Shown piece by piece: positions 1 through 13,923 of a DNA stretch of 64,000 nucleotides; the first letter of the stretch is position 1, and every line of letters begins with the position of its first letter. Origin of the DNA: Chlorokybus atmophyticus. Its lineage: Eukaryota; Plantae; Mesostigma and Chlorokybus algae. Location: assembly GCA_009103225.1 (NCBI GenBank), contig RHPI01003389.1, positions 186,001-250,000 on the forward strand. The letters are read 5' to 3'. A model generated the notes under the pieces. The model was not told the origin of the DNA. It made no database searches and saw only the letters and a list, made by a program, of their open reading frames with translations. The position numbers and the translations under genes were made by a program.

Positions 1-830
1 TTGCTTGACAGCCTCGTCGCCGGTGTCAACGGCAGTCCCGTCAACCACGCATTAGCACCCAACCCGCGGCCGACAGTCGACGTAATATGTCCTCAACCGG
101 TGCGCCACTGTCGTGGATAGCAATCATGGCGTCTACCGTCTGCCCCCGGTCCTGCTGCAAGAATCGTGCCGTGGTGCGCACAAATGCCGAGAACGGTGGT
201 ATCAGGTGACGCAACGCCGGCGGCAACGAAGAAGAAACTGCTGCGCGCAAGACCTACTGAAACGCGAGTGCGCCGTCGACACCCTAGGGTCTTCATGGCT
301 CTAACCATCTCGCCATCCATTTGCAGACAATGACGTCGCAGCTCCGCGGCCGTTGCACCCCAGCCGCCCATAAAGGCTGCGAGCGCATGAGACGTCACAC
401 ATCGCAGCCCAACGCCTACAGCCGCTACAGGCAACGATGCCTGCACCGTGATGCAGGTCCCTCTGCTTTTTGTACTCAACAATACGGGCTGCCGCAACAA
501 CTGCCGTAAAGTCTTCTGCGAACCATCAAAAACCTTGAGCTGTCACAAACCTTCGGCAAGGGCGCCACTATACGTGTGAGATATGAGGGGCGTGCTCCCA
601 TACAAAGCGTCAGCAGCAGCACCGCCACTTGTGTATCACTCAACTCCTCCAATGCCGACAGCACCGCCATGTGGTCGCGAAGGGTAGTGGAACAGTGGCG
701 GCGCACGAAAGTTGGTGACCCCAACGGCACGCCCAACGCCACCACACCATTAGCGATGCCTCGCACCTCCTCAGGCAGAGTCATCACTGCCGCAGCAACA
801 GGCATTGTCATAGTACCTGCCACACCGCCG
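1..830 (-). mobile_element. Degenerate CRE/R2-superfamily non-LTR retrotransposon fragment (RT thumb and downstream region), runs off the left edge
   Basis: Frameshifted minus ORFs carry GVVALGVPLGSPTFV, LLLTLCMGARPSYLTR (476-823) and QASLPVAAVGVGLR..AAFMGGW (93-500). These match the G-x-P-hG and QA-x-LP-xxx-GG-h-G-h-R motifs C-terminal to the RT core of CRE-like elements. Confidence 0.65.
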
Positions 831-1662
831 GTAGCATCAGCCTTGTGTGCTTAAGTGTTGTGTGCGCTCTTGCATCTGGACCATTGGAAAGCTCATACAA
901 GAAACACCCCAACTTCGTGAAATGCAATCACTAGGCCAACTCATCAATTGCCCCACATGCATGCAAAGAACATACGTGTTGTATGTGAGAGTGCGCTGGT
1001 AATGATGACTGACTGCATGTATGTGATAAAACGGCGGTGTGCCTTGCATGCATGAATCCCGCCTTACATCTTTTGTACAATGTGGTGTATGAAGGCGCAT
1101 GCACCAAACATGCAAGTGTGAGCAGCTTCTCAAACACTAAAAATTTGAGGTGTGAGCAGCACACAGCATGCGGGCAATCATTGTCATTCAGGAGTTCACC
1201 ACCGGGCTGACCTATTCTACCTTCACTACCACTACTCATTGACACCACCACCCCAGTAGACATGCAAGCATGCATATAATCTGCAAACTACCTACACAAT
1301 GTGCAGTCTTGCCCAAATTTTTGCGTATGCATGACCACCAAACAGTAGCAGGCATCATGCATGCCATACACTGTGGGCATATTGCGTGTGCAGCCATGTT
1401 TCCATCCAGGCTTGGCGGATATGTATAATACGCCAAGGCTTGGATAACATTGTGCGCGCACGTACTGCACTGATTCCGCCACTGACACCATATAATCACA
1501 AAGCATGCATGATGCAACTAACATCATTCCATCATGTACAATGAATGGCCATAACACAGCCCGCATGTACCACCAAGAAGAAAGAGTTCGGCAGGAGCAC
1601 AACATACGTACCAGGTAGAGAATGCACAAGTTTTGAATGAGAATCTACACTAAATGTAATTG

Positions 1663-4600
1663 TCACGACGAAATAAGCCCTTGCTTTTGTAAATAGAGCG
1701 TTAGACTCCGATAAAAGGCAAGCTGATCATGCGGATGAAGGGCCGCCACCTGTGCAACAGATGCAAGTGCATCATGTTCATTTTGCATACTACTAAACAA
1801 GTTGCATCAAGCAGTATCAGGCTGCAACATGGCTGTGTGCAACTGCCCCCATATGACAAGACCACGTAGTATGGTCAACTTGTATGACCTACCTTTGACA
1901 CAAGCCGCGACACCGTGGATGCAGACTGGGCCACCATGTTCTGGTAATAGATATACGAGAACACCGCCATCACGCACTGGCAACGCATTAGTGATTAGTT
2001 GAAGAACAACAACCAAGTCACTGTGGAAACAGCACACAATAACCTCACAGACCACCCAGCGCAGCAACCTGTGCTAAGCAATGCTAACTCACCTGACAGT
2101 CCATGCGATCCGTCAAGCCACCATGGCCAGGAATGCTGTCACCAAAGTCCTGCATGAAGGGTGGTACGAAGGTTGATAGGCATGAGCAGCAATCCACGTG
2201 CTCAACACAGACAGCGCATCAAAGGTTGCATGACATGGTGCACAAATCAATGGTGTTTATATCCGCACAGCACCTTGATTTTGAAGGCGCGCTTGAATCC
2301 TGATGCAAAAAAGCCGCCAAAGGGTGCAATAACTGAAGCGAAAGCAGAGAGCACAAGAGCGTGAAGCTGCACGGGTTGTACTCGGATGACGGTGAAGGGC
2401 AGCTGCAAAGAGAACACAGTTGTGCCAACCAACAACGGCGTATACACCATAGCAACTGGGTTAGCAACAAGACTTCTACTCTATTTACCCATCGGCCAGT
2501 AAGAGCCAGAATCCATGCAGGCAGAGGGTAATCCTGAGTTTCAAACAAAGGCCCCGGATCGCAATGTAGCCACTGCGTGCTCAGGTCTGTTCTTGGGCAG
2601 GTCATCCACTGGTAATCAGCCATAATGCCAGACACAAAGAACCCCCAAATGATGGTGCCGAAAGTTGCACCAATGAAACCTGTTGGGTTCGGGACGCAAT
2701 GTCATGCTAACAGCACTGTTGGTCACGAACACAGTGATGATGAGCTACATGCACAGCTTGCCTTCCCAAGTCTTCTTTGGGGACAGCTTGATGAGAGGCG
2801 TGCGGCCAAAGAAGACGCCGAAGAAGTATGCTGAAATGTCATTGATGATAATTAACGAGACTGGCAAGCAAAACCTGCGGCCAGAACCATCGCTGTTAAT
2901 ATGTACCAGAGGCAAAAGGCTGATAGCCATGAACGTTACATAGACCTGACAGTCCCGCCCATGACGAAAAATCAGTAAACGTTGGACTTTTACCTCACTC
3001 AAAGCCAAAGCACACCACTAGCACTCAATAGCTCTAGACATTGATAATTATGTATGTACACTGGGTGGCTAGTTTCCATGCACTGTATGCCAGACCGTTG
3101 CAAAAACTGCTTATGACTAATGCTTACCATATGAGGCCTTCGAAAATATTCGCCACTGTAAACGACGACTGAGTGAAGACAACAAAGAGGATCATATGCG
3201 TCCAAGCGTACTGCCCAAATTGATACTTGTACTGCCCCTTTTTCAAAGTCAGTATGAAGAGGACAAACCCTGCCACATGCGACTGTGTTGTGAGTACTCC
3301 ATAGCTGCGCACCACACGCCAGTACGCTTCATACCTGTTATGTAGAATAGGTACGAGTACAGCGTGTGCCTGCGCAGTGTATTCGCAAATAGCGCTGAAA
3401 GCAACTTATCCGAAGATATTGTGACAGCCAACTGATGTGTCAAAAACCTGCCGTACACGTAGAAGAACGCCACTGCTGCATAGTACCTGCAGGTACCCGC
3501 AACAACAGCAATACACTTGTAAGCTGCAATTGCAGCCCTTATGCAACAAATGGCGTGGACAACTTCCTATGCGACTACCTGGACCGAGACCTACAAATAA
3601 CGGACACCGAACGCGAGTATCCAGTGTTAGGACTTTTAACACTACTAGCAACTTGCTTACCATTGGAGCAATCGGAATCCGGGCAACTTGTTTTCTCGTT
3701 GTGCGCTGCTTGCAAGGGTGAACAACTCATGTATCATAACAACCTGCAGTAATACAGCAACCCTTCGTATGTACCTCCGATGCACATAACAAGTGACAGA
3801 CATCGGCTTTGCTACAACAGCATGAGTAAGATTGCGTTTTCACCTGTATGCAGAGAACCATCAAAGAGACATACACGTGTCCTCCATATATGCACAGAAG
3901 AAACAGGACAACCATCACAGTGGCCGACATGACTCTCGTTCGCATCCGTTTCCATTTGGACGGGTCTTGCGCTTCCAATGTGACAGCTTTGCGCTCAATA
4001 CGCAATTCTGGTGTCTCGTGAATATGATCACCCTGCTGAGTTACCTGGCAGACAACTTATTAGCGCCACATCCATGTGCACATGACAATGGGACACCAAC
4101 AGGAGGCTACCACCCAATCACATTGCACTCCACAGCAATGCATTGCGCACAAAATGGTATAGCCGTTGTTGCCAATAAGTTGTTGATTTAGTGCACATGA
4201 TTGCTACGCATTGCTGTCCAACAGTTTGACCAAATAAACCTCACGCATGAGGCAGCAGCGACAGTCAACTGAGCAGGTTAAAAGTCACCAGAACAAATGC
4301 AACACAACAACAATTAAGACAGGCACAAACTGGTATGTGTAGCACATGTATACACACAATGGACTGTGTGTAGAGAGTTTCGTGCAGGCTTGGTGTGCAA
4401 CCAGCGTGGCAATGCACTTCAACTTTTCAACTACCTCAACATATGAGCGAGCTAAACAAGGATGATGCCCCACATTTGTGTATGCTGTAAGCAGCATGAA
4501 ACACTTTGCTGGAACCTACCAGTGAAATGTACTTGCATAAACCACGCAAAATACAGACGACTGCACGCGTGTGCTACGAGATGACGAGTGGGCAGCTTTA

Positions 4601-4871
4601 TTTGCAACACATAATCCCACAACGGCGGACAGCACACAGAGAACAAAGCTGATTAAGCCTGCCACGTTGGTAGTGGCTCGAACAAACCTCCAATACTATG
4701 CTGACTGCCATGCACTCGCACACAAGGCTGCATGCATGGCGACAGTGGATCACATTATGCCCCACACAAACATCACAATAACTGATGCTCACAGCATGAC
4801 CTTACCCTTGAGCCGTTCGATGAGCTGAAGCTGACCCGCTTTTTGCGTCGCAGCAGCGGATTGGTTGCCAT
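1663..4871 (-). CDS. CDS1: Phosphatidate cytidylyltransferase (CDP-diacylglycerol synthase), eukaryotic ER type, multi-exon
   Basis: Exons give [12 protein letters not shown]...[19 protein letters not shown]; [16 protein letters not shown]; [29 protein letters not shown]; [37 protein letters not shown]. Last exon [19 protein letters not shown] with TGA at 1663-1665; canonical GT/AG boundaries. Confidence 0.93.
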
Positions 4872-5692
4872 GCTGCACGCAACGCCAGAGCAACGCAAAC
4901 CCTACGTCAACAGCTTGACCAAAACGCCAGACAGCCAGCGCTAAGTAACCGGCACAGCTGCCAGCTGTGACCCCATGCTGGGCTGCGCCCCTTTTTCTAG
5001 GGTTTCACTGCAGGCAGGAGAGGAGCTTCTCTCCTAATACTACGACGCTTGCATGCACGAGGGAAAGCACTGCAACAACTAGAACAAAGACCACCTCCAT
5101 CCACTCGCGGCTCCTGTCGCCGACCAGCTCGACAATCACAGCGCCACGCCCGCCGCTGCTGGCATGCAATAATCTATATTTGACAAACTGCTAGGCTGCT
5201 GATATCATTTAGATGTCTCGCAGATATCGAGGGGGGGGGATCCTGTGCAGCTGCCACGTGGCGGAGGTGGCGGCGGCGGTGGTGCTGCATGCGTAGGGCT
5301 GGCTTGTGCGTATACTGTTGAGGCAGGTTGGAGCTGGCAAGCTGGCTGGCTGGCTGCTGTAAACCCATGCCAGGCCTGGGCAGCACAGGCTGCATCAGGA
5401 ATGCACGCAGTTGGCAGCTACATGCATGGGGCTTGAGTGCAAGCATGTGCATGCGCTGTATTGTATAAGTCAAACGTGCTACTATGGTGCTAGCACGGCA
5501 GAGTGTAGCAGGTTGTAGGCACGAAAGAGGGCTGCATCAGCAGCAAGCTGCAATCCTTGACAATGCAAACCACAGCGAAGCTAAGCTTCTTGTTTGCTAC
5601 TGGAGGCTACAATTCCAGCTGAAGTGCGGTCGCTTGAGCTGCGGTTGGACAGCTTGATTGAGTTTACACTTGAGCAGAGTTCAGACAGCAGG

Positions 5693-7870
5693 ATGGATTG
5701 GGTGGCAGTGGCAATTCTGCTGGTAGCGCTGCTCTGTTTGGGCACCTGGCCAGCGTGCTTTGCTTGCAACGAGCGCCGTGGGCGTGTCCCCGCCCACACT
5801 TACATCGACTATGCTTGCGCCTTTGTCGTTACTGCCGTTGTCTGCGCTCTCGCACTGGGCAATAAGGAGTTCATCTCACAGGTAAGCAGCACAGGCACTC
5901 TTTTACTCGCATGCCGCTGTACGCAGTGGTCTGTTGCTGAAAGTACAGGCATGTTGTGTGGTTGTTCATCCAGCGCACATGCACAGACTCATGCGTGTGG
6001 GTGCGCGACACAGACAACTCGCGCACACGCACGCGCGCACTCACTCGCGCGCGCATACCTTGTGTGCACACAATACTGCAGTCAGTTCACAGCCCGACAG
6101 TGCTGTGGGCTCACTGCAATGTTGACTCACCGCTACGCTGTAACATGCGACAGTTTGATGGAGCGGAGAGTCATTTGCATTTTCTCACTAGTATAGTGAT
6201 GTGCTTCTGCTAAAGTGCATGGTTGACAGTTGTCTGAGAAGAATGGCGCCGCGGCATTGTGGGCAGCGTGCGGCGGCGTGCTGCTAATGTTGGGCAACAT
6301 GAGCCTGCAGTACGGCGTTGCTCTTGTCGGCCTCGCAGTGTGCCTGCCCGTGCAAGCATCCCTTACTGTCATCATCGGTAGGTGCTTACCTGGTCGCACG
6401 CACGCAAGCATGCACACACAGACATGCGCATGCGTGCAGACATACATACAGAGGTGCGCACTTGCGTGGGCGCGCGTGCGTGCATGCGCACACACACTTC
6501 TGTGAACACATGCATGCTGCATTAAGCTAGATAGCGTGCTTCAAGTGACAGTCCACATGTGTGTTCTCTCTCTCAGGCACCACTTGCAACTACTTGCTCG
6601 ATGGCGGGCTCAACACACCCATTCCACTCTTCAGCGGTGTTGTCTGTTTTATTGCCGCCATTGCACTTGGCTGTCTGGCCCATCTTGCAGCAGCAAACAA
6701 GCGGCACGAGGAGCCTACTGTGAGACACGATAGAAACAACCACAGAAGTCCTGCCAATGACCAATGCGATGACAGGTTTGTAAATTGGTTCAGGTCTCTG
6801 CTTGCTTCAATTGACCTAAGATAAGAACTGGCAACTTATCCTCTCACTCAATGCCGTCATCATAGCCCAAGCATGAAGCGGGAAGTGTCATTGCCGCTGC
6901 TTTTTGCATTGGAGCTGCGTACACATGGCGAAGAGCAGAAGACAGAGTTCGAGCAGGCAATGGAGCTGCCATGTGCCATAGAGTTGCCTGCTCGCTCGCA
7001 ACCCTTGCAGATTGACTCTCAACACCAGTCAGTGCTTGAAGGTGCCACATCGCTGGTCCTTTGCCAACTCATGAGATGGCTGGCTGTGGTTGCTGATACC
7101 AGTCACAGGTGGCATCAATGCATTGCCAGGCAGGTCGCCAATGTTCGGGCTTGCCGTTGCGGCTGTGGGAGGCCTGTGCTTTGGCTTCTTCTCTCCGGCC
7201 TTCAACCTAGCCACCAACGATCAGCTTAACTTGCTCCCTGACGGTGTCGCCCCGCTGGTATGTTGATGCAACCAGTGTTTCAATTGCCATGCATATGAGT
7301 GGAGCTCAACCATGTATGCGCATGAACACGCACCTGTACGCACATGCGCGTGCACGTGTCTCTCAAGTGCAGACGGTGTACACAGCATACTTCTACTTCT
7401 CGCTGGCCTTCTGGGGAGTTGCGCTAGCCGTAAATGTATGCCAGCTGTACAGGCCACCTTTTAGTGGTGCGAAGAGCAGCGTCATGGCGTTCATGCACGA
7501 CCACGAAGGCCGGCCGATGGCTATCCTGGCAGGTTTCATCTCCGGCCTGGGCAACGGGCTACAGTTTGTCGGCGGCCAGGCCGCAGGCTACGCTGCAGGT
7601 ACGAGACTTGGCCCAACAGTATTGTTGTGTTCCCGCCTCTCACCTGCTTTGGTGCAATCTTATCATGTGGGGTTATGGCGTGTTTGTTGCTTGGCAGCGG
7701 ACCTCGTGCAGGCGTATCCGCTGGTGTCCACTCTGTGGGGGATACTATGCTTCGGGGAGTTTCGCCGAGCCCCACGACGAGCCAACATGCTGCTGGCCTC
7801 TATGTACATTGCGTACGGCATTGCTGTTGTTCTGCTTGCCATCTCCGCTAGGCCCAGGCCGTCAGATTGA
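5693..7870 (+). CDS. UPS: Ureide permease (UPS family nucleobase/allantoin transporter), multi-exon
   Basis: LLCLGTWPA..ERRGRVPAHTYIDY; GGVLLMLGNMSLQY; TTCNYLLDGGLN; GLGNGLQFVGGQAAGYAAADLVQAYPLVSTLWGILCFGEFRR are plant UPS motifs. Confidence 0.88.
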
Positions 7871-8157
7871 TGTGTGCAAAGGCTGGCAGTCAATCAGATA
7901 CCAGCGTGCGCTTCTTGTTTGCCAGAGATATATATTCATTCAATGTACAAAGTATGCAATGCGGTGCACATGTTGAATGAATGCTTATGCAGCAAATTTG
8001 TTGACGCAGCTGACTCTGCCTGAGTACAGACACTAGCACAGTGCCTCTGCATATATGCATATGCGTTGTGCAAAAAAGTGTCAACTCACGCCGCTGGCTC
8101 AATTGTACACATGCACATGGCAACAGTAGTGCGCAGATGCAATCTCTGAGGGGCACA

Positions 8158-11100
8158 TCACGTCTCATTGAGAAAGTCCTCAAGCTGCTGTCGTGCCAAC
8201 TGAGCAGTCAATTCATCGCTAACAGGTTTTACCGGTGTCGACTGTTGCTGCCGCCTGCTGGATGTCGGACTTGCGCGTGATGTTGAAGCAGTTTCATCGA
8301 CCGCAGCATCCACACTGGCTGCGTCAGCTTCCTCTTGCGAGCGACCGAGCAGTGGGGTTGCGGCATGCCTGCGTAGAGGTTAAGGTAGTGTGTTAGCATT
8401 TACTACTGTATGCTGTAAGTGGTATAGGTGTGGGGCGCGCGCGCGTGCATGCGGGCGTGCATGTGCATGTGCGTGCGCGTGCGCGTGTCTTCTGTAATTG
8501 CGTGTGTGCTGATGTTACATGTCCAATGATATGCGTGCTTGCATGCAATTGCCCCTTGAGCAGCCCTTGCACATGCTCACGCAAGCGCATGCGCACGCAC
8601 ACGTGGCATCTTGTCACAGATTAAGCTGAACGCAGAGAGACATTGAGTGCGCACCTATCATCCGGCGATATTGCTGCTCGCTGTAACGACAGGTCTACCG
8701 ATGACGCGCCTGGTATGTCCAAAGGGGGACTTGACATCTGCGGCCAGCCTTAGTTAGTTCCCACTTGAAACATAGCCAGCAAGCCTGCACCTGCACTGTG
8801 TGCTTGATAGTATCAACATACCAGGTCAAAGCTGTCATCCTGCAAGAAATCTTCCAGCTGCTGCGCCAAGGACGTGACGATCGGTGCTTCTGCTGCAGCA
8901 AAAGGCAATGGTGACGGCGATGGTGCGGCGGCGGCAGCAGCAGTCGATGGCGACTCAAACTCCACCACGCGCTGGACTGCAGGCTTGGATACTGGCAGCT
9001 GATCAGAGGGAGAACTTCTAACCTGCATGTAAACAAATACATCAATAAACAATGGTTCAACGCAACAACGACACAACAGACAGCCTTATGTAGTGTAATG
9101 TTCGTGTGGGTGTACTATCTAGATGAGACTGTTCTGCCACTGAAAACACACAAAGGAATACCGTTGAGTCTGCTTGTTCGGAAAACGGGGGCACGGGCTC
9201 GTATCCGGGAGCTTTGTGCCCGACGCTCAACGATAGAGTGTTCAATGCGAGGGCTTTGTCGGTCACCGCGGCTGAGGACAGTTTGGGCGTGGGCCGGGGA
9301 GTGAGAAAGATCATTTGAGCCAGCTGGCGGAAGTCATCATCGTTGCTTTGCTCGCCGTTTGTCACTCGTAGCAGTGATAGCGCACGGATCGTGCGAGATC
9401 GGTCTCGTACATCGAAGCTCTCGTCCAAATCAGCTTGGTCCAGAATGTAATCAAACACTCTTATAAACCGGTCCGGGTCGCGTGCGTACAGCTTTGCGGA
9501 GCTATTGAGCACCTGACCGTATCAAGGAGGTTAAGTTTTATTGCATTGCAGAGGAACATCAGGTTGGAACAGGTGACGCGTGTGATATACCAGTTTGTTA
9601 GTACCTCCAACTTGGTGGCGACACTCTCTGAAGCAAAGCTGCGCGCCAACCGCTTCAGAGCCATGGTGGCGCTGGCTTGCATCTCAGCACTGATGCCACA
9701 AAGCTCACCTGCATACAGCAAGCAAGGTAATGCGCGTGCACAGAAAACAGAGCACCAGTGTGAGCTTGAGTGTGAAATTCTGTCCCCTGACCTGCCATCC
9801 AAGCCACCACTGCACGGACATGGTTGACTTGCAGCAGGTGAGCGCCCCCCACCAGTCGCTCCAGCATGGCCATATGATCCTGCGAAACAAGCATGTACAT
9901 AGTGTGCGCGTCTGTTGGCATTCTCATTTATATACACAATGTAGATACGCTGTGTGCAACATAACAATATACCTGAGGCTGAAGCATTGTCAACGCCCTA
10001 ATGACAGTGATGCTCTCAATGCCAACAGCCTCATTCTGCCCAATGGCAAGTCTCAACAACCCTGGGAAAGCAGCATATCAGTTTTGGTTGTCTTGAGTTG
10101 TTTCATGACTGCATGGCCATCAGCACCTCTCGCACAGCTTGGGGCGATGTGCGGCAGTCTTGATGCGCAGCGTCCAATCGCACGGATGGTAGCGATGACA
10201 AACAACTTGTCGGGATCATGAAGGTACACCTGTTGGCGTGGATGTGTATACTGTGTGCACGCTGTAACCCCATTCATCATGGTGTGTATAATGTGTGCAC
10301 GCTGTCGCATCATACCTGGAATTCCCTCAGAGTGTCTGCAATGTTGAAGTCATTCGCTATGCACGAGAGTATTTCCAGTTTCAAGACTTTGACGAAGCGC
10401 GGCTCGTTGGCAAGAATGAAGAAGTCATGGTAGAAGTCTTGAAAGAGCTGAGGGTGCTCGCTACAGACCAGAGATATGTTCTGCAAAGCCAGGTACTTCA
10501 CCTCTCTGCGCAGAAGATCAAGTTTATGAGTGGACAGAGGCATGCATCACTGTGGTATGCGCACACTGCTTGCGCATAATACACGAACATGCATACACAT
10601 TTGCGCGTGTGTACATGTACTTGTAACAGATTGTTGGGCTTGCGTGTCCTTGTAAAATGTGCGCGCGAGCACATGTGTTCGTGTGCATCTATTGCAAGGC
10701 ATAGTGCATGTAATCGTGACTTTTTACATTTTCACTCTGTACAACATGCCAACTGTGGGGTTGAAGGAGTTCAAGACCGGGGTGTATCACCTGCTGGTCC
10801 CATGCAGCAGGAAGACCATTGGCGCGGCAATCTCAGTCAGAGCATCCAGGGGTGCTATGTAATAGTACAAGCTGGCGACCGCCATCACGACCGCGGCATT
10901 GGCTGCTTGAAGCAGCGGCCGAGTGCATCGCAACAGCAAGTGATGGTCATCCTGAGCGAGGGCACAGTCAAGTATGACGTGTCATGATGAAAAACACATC
11001 TCTGGACTTGGTTATGAGATGTTGACATGCGTGTTGTAATCACTTGCACCTGCAGCTTGGGTGGCTTCTCCGAGTTCTTATTGGGGTCCACAAACTGTGT

Positions 11101-12581
11101 TCTCGCATAGTGCTGAAGGACTCTCATTGCAACAATCTGCGCAAGATAAATGTCGACTTAGTTGCAAATCAGCACGCGCACGTGCAAGCACATGTATCCA
11201 TAACTCTACCTGTCCCCAGCCGTCAAAATCAGGAAGGTTGCTGCATATCCGCCGGTACTGTTTGTGGAGCAGGTCGAAGCGATCTGGGCAAACCTGCAAG
11301 AAGGCCGATAGCGCGCTTCCCAACACCATCGTCGCGCCGTCCGCGAGGAGGGTCGCGATGGTATCAGTTAGCGTGGCCGCTTGCGAGCGGTCCAAATCAA
11401 ACACCTGCCATGTTGAACTTTGCTGATGTTGGGAGCGTATATGTGTGCATGCGCGTGCGCGAGCATGTGTGCGTGTGTGCGTGCACGAATAGGTGTGTAT
11501 GTGCCTGTGTGTACGCGTGTGTTTGTGCGATCACTCAATCCATCATGCTGATGAATAAGCTGCCAACTCTATCTGACTATCTGCAGCCTGACCTTGGGAA
11601 TGGCATGAGCGGCTGCTTTGCGTACATAAGGGGAGGGGTCAACGGCGCACTTCTGGATGGCCAGAACAACCTGGCAAAGCACACAACTCGTTGTGCTTGC
11701 TTCCCACCTTTCGACTGATGGACAAAACTCTTCACAAGTGCCCATAACACAATTGCCATACCAAGTTCACTATGATGTGCACGCGTATAGACGACAACGC
11801 TCGCAGCGCCAACGCGCGAATCAACGGGTTGGGATCATTCAAATCCTGTGAGACAACAACCAATGTTGATTTGAATGACAACAGCAGTAAACCTAGTCGC
11901 AACACAACAGCAGTAGTAGCCAACACCTTCTGGAAGGTGTTTATGCAGAGCAGAGCCTCGTCGGGTTTCTTCTCGGCGTAGTGTGCGACGTACACGTAGA
12001 CGAGGCGGCGCACCTCGAGAGACTGACTCACGATGTTCTTCACGGCGTACGGGAAGAAGAAGGACATGTCGTCGCCCATTGACATCATCTGTCACAGCAA
12101 AACAAGCAAATGTAACACACGCACGCCAAGGAGCAAACACAGTAGTGACAAGTCACATGTAACAATAACAGGCCAATATGGCTGATGTTGCTAACATATA
12201 CCAACCACTTGTCACACAACCTGAACGCCAATGGTGGTATGTGATATATGAATGTGATTAACATGTCATGCATACCGTCACCGTTGTGTGTGTGCAGCAC
12301 ACACACAACGGTGTTGTACTGGCCCTCTCGCTGCACACACACGTCAACACACGCCCGTGCGCGCGTGCTTTCGAGAACGTGAACAGCACAACACAACCAA
12401 ACATCTACACTGCAAGTGTTGTGTTTACAGCGATGAGGCGCTTGAGGCCTTGTATCTTCTCCGGCGCGAACGACGAGTCCAACAGAGCGCGCAGCTCGGC
12501 CCCGTTGCCGCTGGCGCCGGCGCTGCCGTCCTCGTCAAAGTACTGCGCGTCGCCTCCGACACGACCGAGAATGCCCGACAT
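8158..12581 (-). CDS. AP3B: AP-3 adaptor complex subunit beta, multi-exon
   Basis: [107 protein letters not shown]. C-terminal exons splice in frame to QQLEDFLNET* (TGA 8158-8160). Confidence 0.93.
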
Positions 12582-13881
12582 GGCGTTCCTGGCATGCATA
12601 TAGGAAGTTGTTGTGACCAAAGAAAGCACATACATGAGTGTCAACTCCGTTCAACTGACTAGTGCGTGAGAGCATTCGAGTCTTGCTGAGAGCGCACACA
12701 TATGCACACGCACACACGTGTGCGCGCAACAATGGGGCTCGATCTCTGCAAGTAGCGGAGCAAAACAAACAACTGAACCCCAAGCAACACGCATCGCACT
12801 TCACAATGCTGATACTGACACGCAGAGTGCAATCTCAGCATCGCGACTGGCGTCACTGGCCCGTTGCCCCCAAAATGTTGTGCTGAGGTGCATGCGGGTC
12901 ACAAACACCACCAACCAGCGCGATCGACCTCAGTTGTATGCATGACACGGATGCATACAAGGGGACAGGAGGGTGCATGCATGCATGCTCAGCTGACACA
13001 CAATTGCAGCAGGTTGAACTGACTGGATTTGATCCCCAAGTTGTTGCAAGCAAAGGCAAAGTGAAGTGAAGTGAAATGAAGTGAATGTGAACACACACCG
13101 TCTGGAATCTATTGACTGTTTCAGGGCAAGGTGGGCTTGCGCTGCGGCTGCTGTGGCCTCGTTGATGAACAGCTGCGCCCCGTGATCCATCCTCCACGCA
13201 CCACCATCAAGAGGCAGAATTTGCCACTCCAACTTCTTCTAGCTCACATGTTATCAAACACATACATACAAGAATCCTCAGTCTCTATCTAGCAGCAGCA
13301 CCTCTCGCCAACAACATCATGCAGCCGTCAAGCTTGAAACAGCAAGCGGCATGTACACCGCCAAGGCTACTGTCTAAGCTGCATGCTCCGCCTCCTCCTG
13401 CTTCTCCTACTCCTCGTCTTCGTCATGTGCTTCTTGACCCTCCTTGTCCTCGTCCTCCACCTCCGCCTCCGCCTCCGCCTCCGCCACTCTCCGCCAGACT
13501 CTGCCACATGTGCACAAGCATGCTTGCACAGGCAGTCGTCCAGGGCGGCAGCGGCGGCGGCTTGGTGTGAGCTTTGGACGTCGTGGTTGTCGTCGTAGTC
13601 GTCGTCAGTGTTAAGGTTGTCGTCCAGGTCAGCTGTAGCAGGCGCTGCGTGGTTGGCATGGGCAGCCGGCGCTGGCCTACTCTGGTGCAGCTGCACAAGG
13701 CGAAAAAGGTGGGTGGCTGTACAGCTGCTGAAAGCTGCTTGTATTCACGTGCTTGCTGCTTTCTTTTGTTTGATTACAACCTCTTCAATCAAATCCTGCT
13801 TTGATGGCGTCAATTGGGGGCGTGGTGAGTGAAAGCCAAGGCTGGGGTGTAGTTGATCTTACGCCCCCCCCCCCCCCCCCC

Positions 13882-13923
13882 NNNNNNNNNNNNNNNNNNN
13901 NNNNNNNNNNNNNNNNNNNNNNN
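13882..13923. other. Assembly gap (42 N) inside a poly-C tract
   Basis: N run flanked by C homopolymers; may hide the first exon of the DUF971 gene. Confidence 0.98.

Noticed and set aside
13130-13232. MDHGAQLF peptide reminiscent of the renalase-like DHGAQ motif
   Set aside because: Five-residue match only, no FAD-binding GxGxxG or further exons; probably AP3B upstream sequence.
13300-13700. Low-complexity ORFs in several frames (poly-Pro/Gly/Arg/Asp)
   Set aside because: Trinucleotide-repeat DNA keeps many frames open; no frame could be tied to a gene.
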